Shown here: piece by piece, positions 52,051 through 53,527 of the stretch
Position numbering within the stretch: the first letter of the stretch is position 1
Layout of the letters: each line of letters starts with the position of its first letter
Source: Gnetum montanum
Lineage: Eukaryota; Plantae; Gnetophyta
Reading direction: 5' to 3'
NCBI GenBank assembly: GCA_015680685.1
Contig: MNCI01000497.1
Span: forward strand, 258,723-312,249
Length of the DNA stretch: 53,527 nucleotides
The notes under the pieces: model-generated
Database searches by the model: none
What the model saw: the letters and a program-made list of their open reading frames with translations, nothing else
What the model was told of the DNA's origin: nothing
Translations under genes and position numbers: made by a program

Positions 52051-53439
52051 CTTACTAAAATAAGATTATGATTCATCATGATTTTTTATCACATGGTTTG
52101 GTGCTAAATTGATATACATCTTCATGATCATTCTAGTTTACTAACTGATGTTGCAACTAATTATGGGTTAGTCACAATTAGCTATGTTGCCTAGTCTTTT
52201 GAGGATCTTTCTATCCTTCTTAGAACACCGACTTCAACAATGTAATTAATAACACACTAGGGATTAGTAATATAAGAATCTCTATCTACATAATTTAAGC
52301 ATTTAATCCTAAGGCCCAAGATGGTCCAAGAAGTTAGATCTATTAATTTGACTTCATTTCATTTGGAAGGTTGAAATCTATAGAAAATGACTCTTTGTTC
52401 ACCAAAAAATGCTTTCAGAATCAAAAGTTATGTTTTCAAAACTCCAAAACATTGGACATAGAAAACACGACTTCTTAAAAGGTCACCCATCTCAGTACTA
52501 TTCCAAGATGAATAAACTTATTTATAGAAATCTTATCAAAATTGTTACCACTTTGTCAAATTTTTGTATGTGTTATTCTTTTTTCATTTTCATATTTAAA
52601 TTTTCCTACATTGTTTGACTTCTTTATTTAAATTTTTCATCAATTTATGGAATTTTTTTTGTTTACTAGTAGGTAGGTTTTTCCAATGGTAATGGTGTTC
52701 ATCAGTAGTTGCCAGGGAAAGCAAGTTTTCATGGCATTGTGGTTGTTAGGGGTGGTAATTTTTCTCAGCATTAATGGTTATCGAGAAAGGCAGGTTGTCA
52801 AATGACCATTGGGAGAGGCAGGCTTTTTTGGCACTGATAGTGTCCATAGATACAGTGGGCTACTAAAAATCTCAATGATTTTTTTTTTCATAGGTAGAGT
52901 CAAGGAAAATGGTGATGGAGGTTAAGGTGATAGCGAAAATGATAGGCATGATAGTAGTGAAAATGGCTTGAAACATGGTGGACGGTGTTGGAGACAAGAC
53001 ATGACTTGCAAGGTAGGATAAGGTTTCATTTAGCAATGATGGCCATGAATGAGATGTATGTGATAGCAAGGTATAAGAGAGTGGCATACAACTACGATGG
53101 TAGAAAGGGAAGAATGGTGGCAAAAGGTAAGTGGTAGGTGGTGTTGAGATTGATGGTAGACAGTGGCACAATAGAGAAGCAAATGCTAGTGGGGAGTAGT
53201 GACAATGTAGTGAGAGGTAGTGGGTGATAGCATGATGATGAATGATGGGAAAGGATTTTTTACCTTTGGACTAGCTGCAGTCTTAAGAGGCCTGTGTGTT
53301 CCTCCCTGTAGGGTTGCATGACCCCATACAGGGTTGTGCAACCATTTTCAGATGTCTCACAACCCTAGGCTAGCCAGCATGGACAACCCTTATTGTGATG
53401 TGGCATGGCCTAGCCTCGTTCAACAAAGCCACAAGGTGA

Positions 53440-53460
53440 ATATATATATATATATATATT
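53440..53460. repeat. (TA)n microsatellite in an AT-rich tract
   Basis: About 10 consecutive TA/AT units. Confidence 0.8.
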
Positions 53461-53527
53461 ATTTTTTTGTAAAAATATATATATTTATATTAAATTTTAA
53501 TATTATTAATTTATATATGAAAATATA

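Noticed and set aside
52872-53171. 99-aa Ser/Thr/Pro-rich ORF
   Set aside because: Explained by strand-skewed composition, with no recognisable motif

Overview
AT-rich, CpG-depleted eukaryotic (land-plant-type) repeat DNA with no intact host gene. The window is a nest of decayed retroelements. (1) The end of a young, CpG-rich LTR (1-282) interrupts RNase H of a Tekay/Del-type Ty3/gypsy element (283-~5937, minus). (2) An Athila-like gypsy element (plus, ~6976-36800; gag, PR, RT, RH, INT, putative extra 3' ORF) is split by three full-length Sirevirus(SIRE)-like LTR elements (10187-16144, 17061-24152, 26954-32632; two with exact TSDs) and followed by a fourth that lacks its 3' LTR (~36827-42681). 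None of the four has a recognisable pol. Two carry gag only and two carry gag plus an env-like/Transposase_32-type ORF. (3) Further right lie a plant L1 LINE 3' fragment, tRNA-like SINE heads and a second Tekay pol fragment. (4) An intronless, divergent, now disabled CCR4-family deadenylase (EEP) coding region (~50910-52050, minus) sits just upstream of a Tekay-type hairpin/PPT/LTR junction, which suggests retrotransposon cargo. All domain calls come from manual translation and motif recognition, not database searches. Coordinates marked ~ are approximate.
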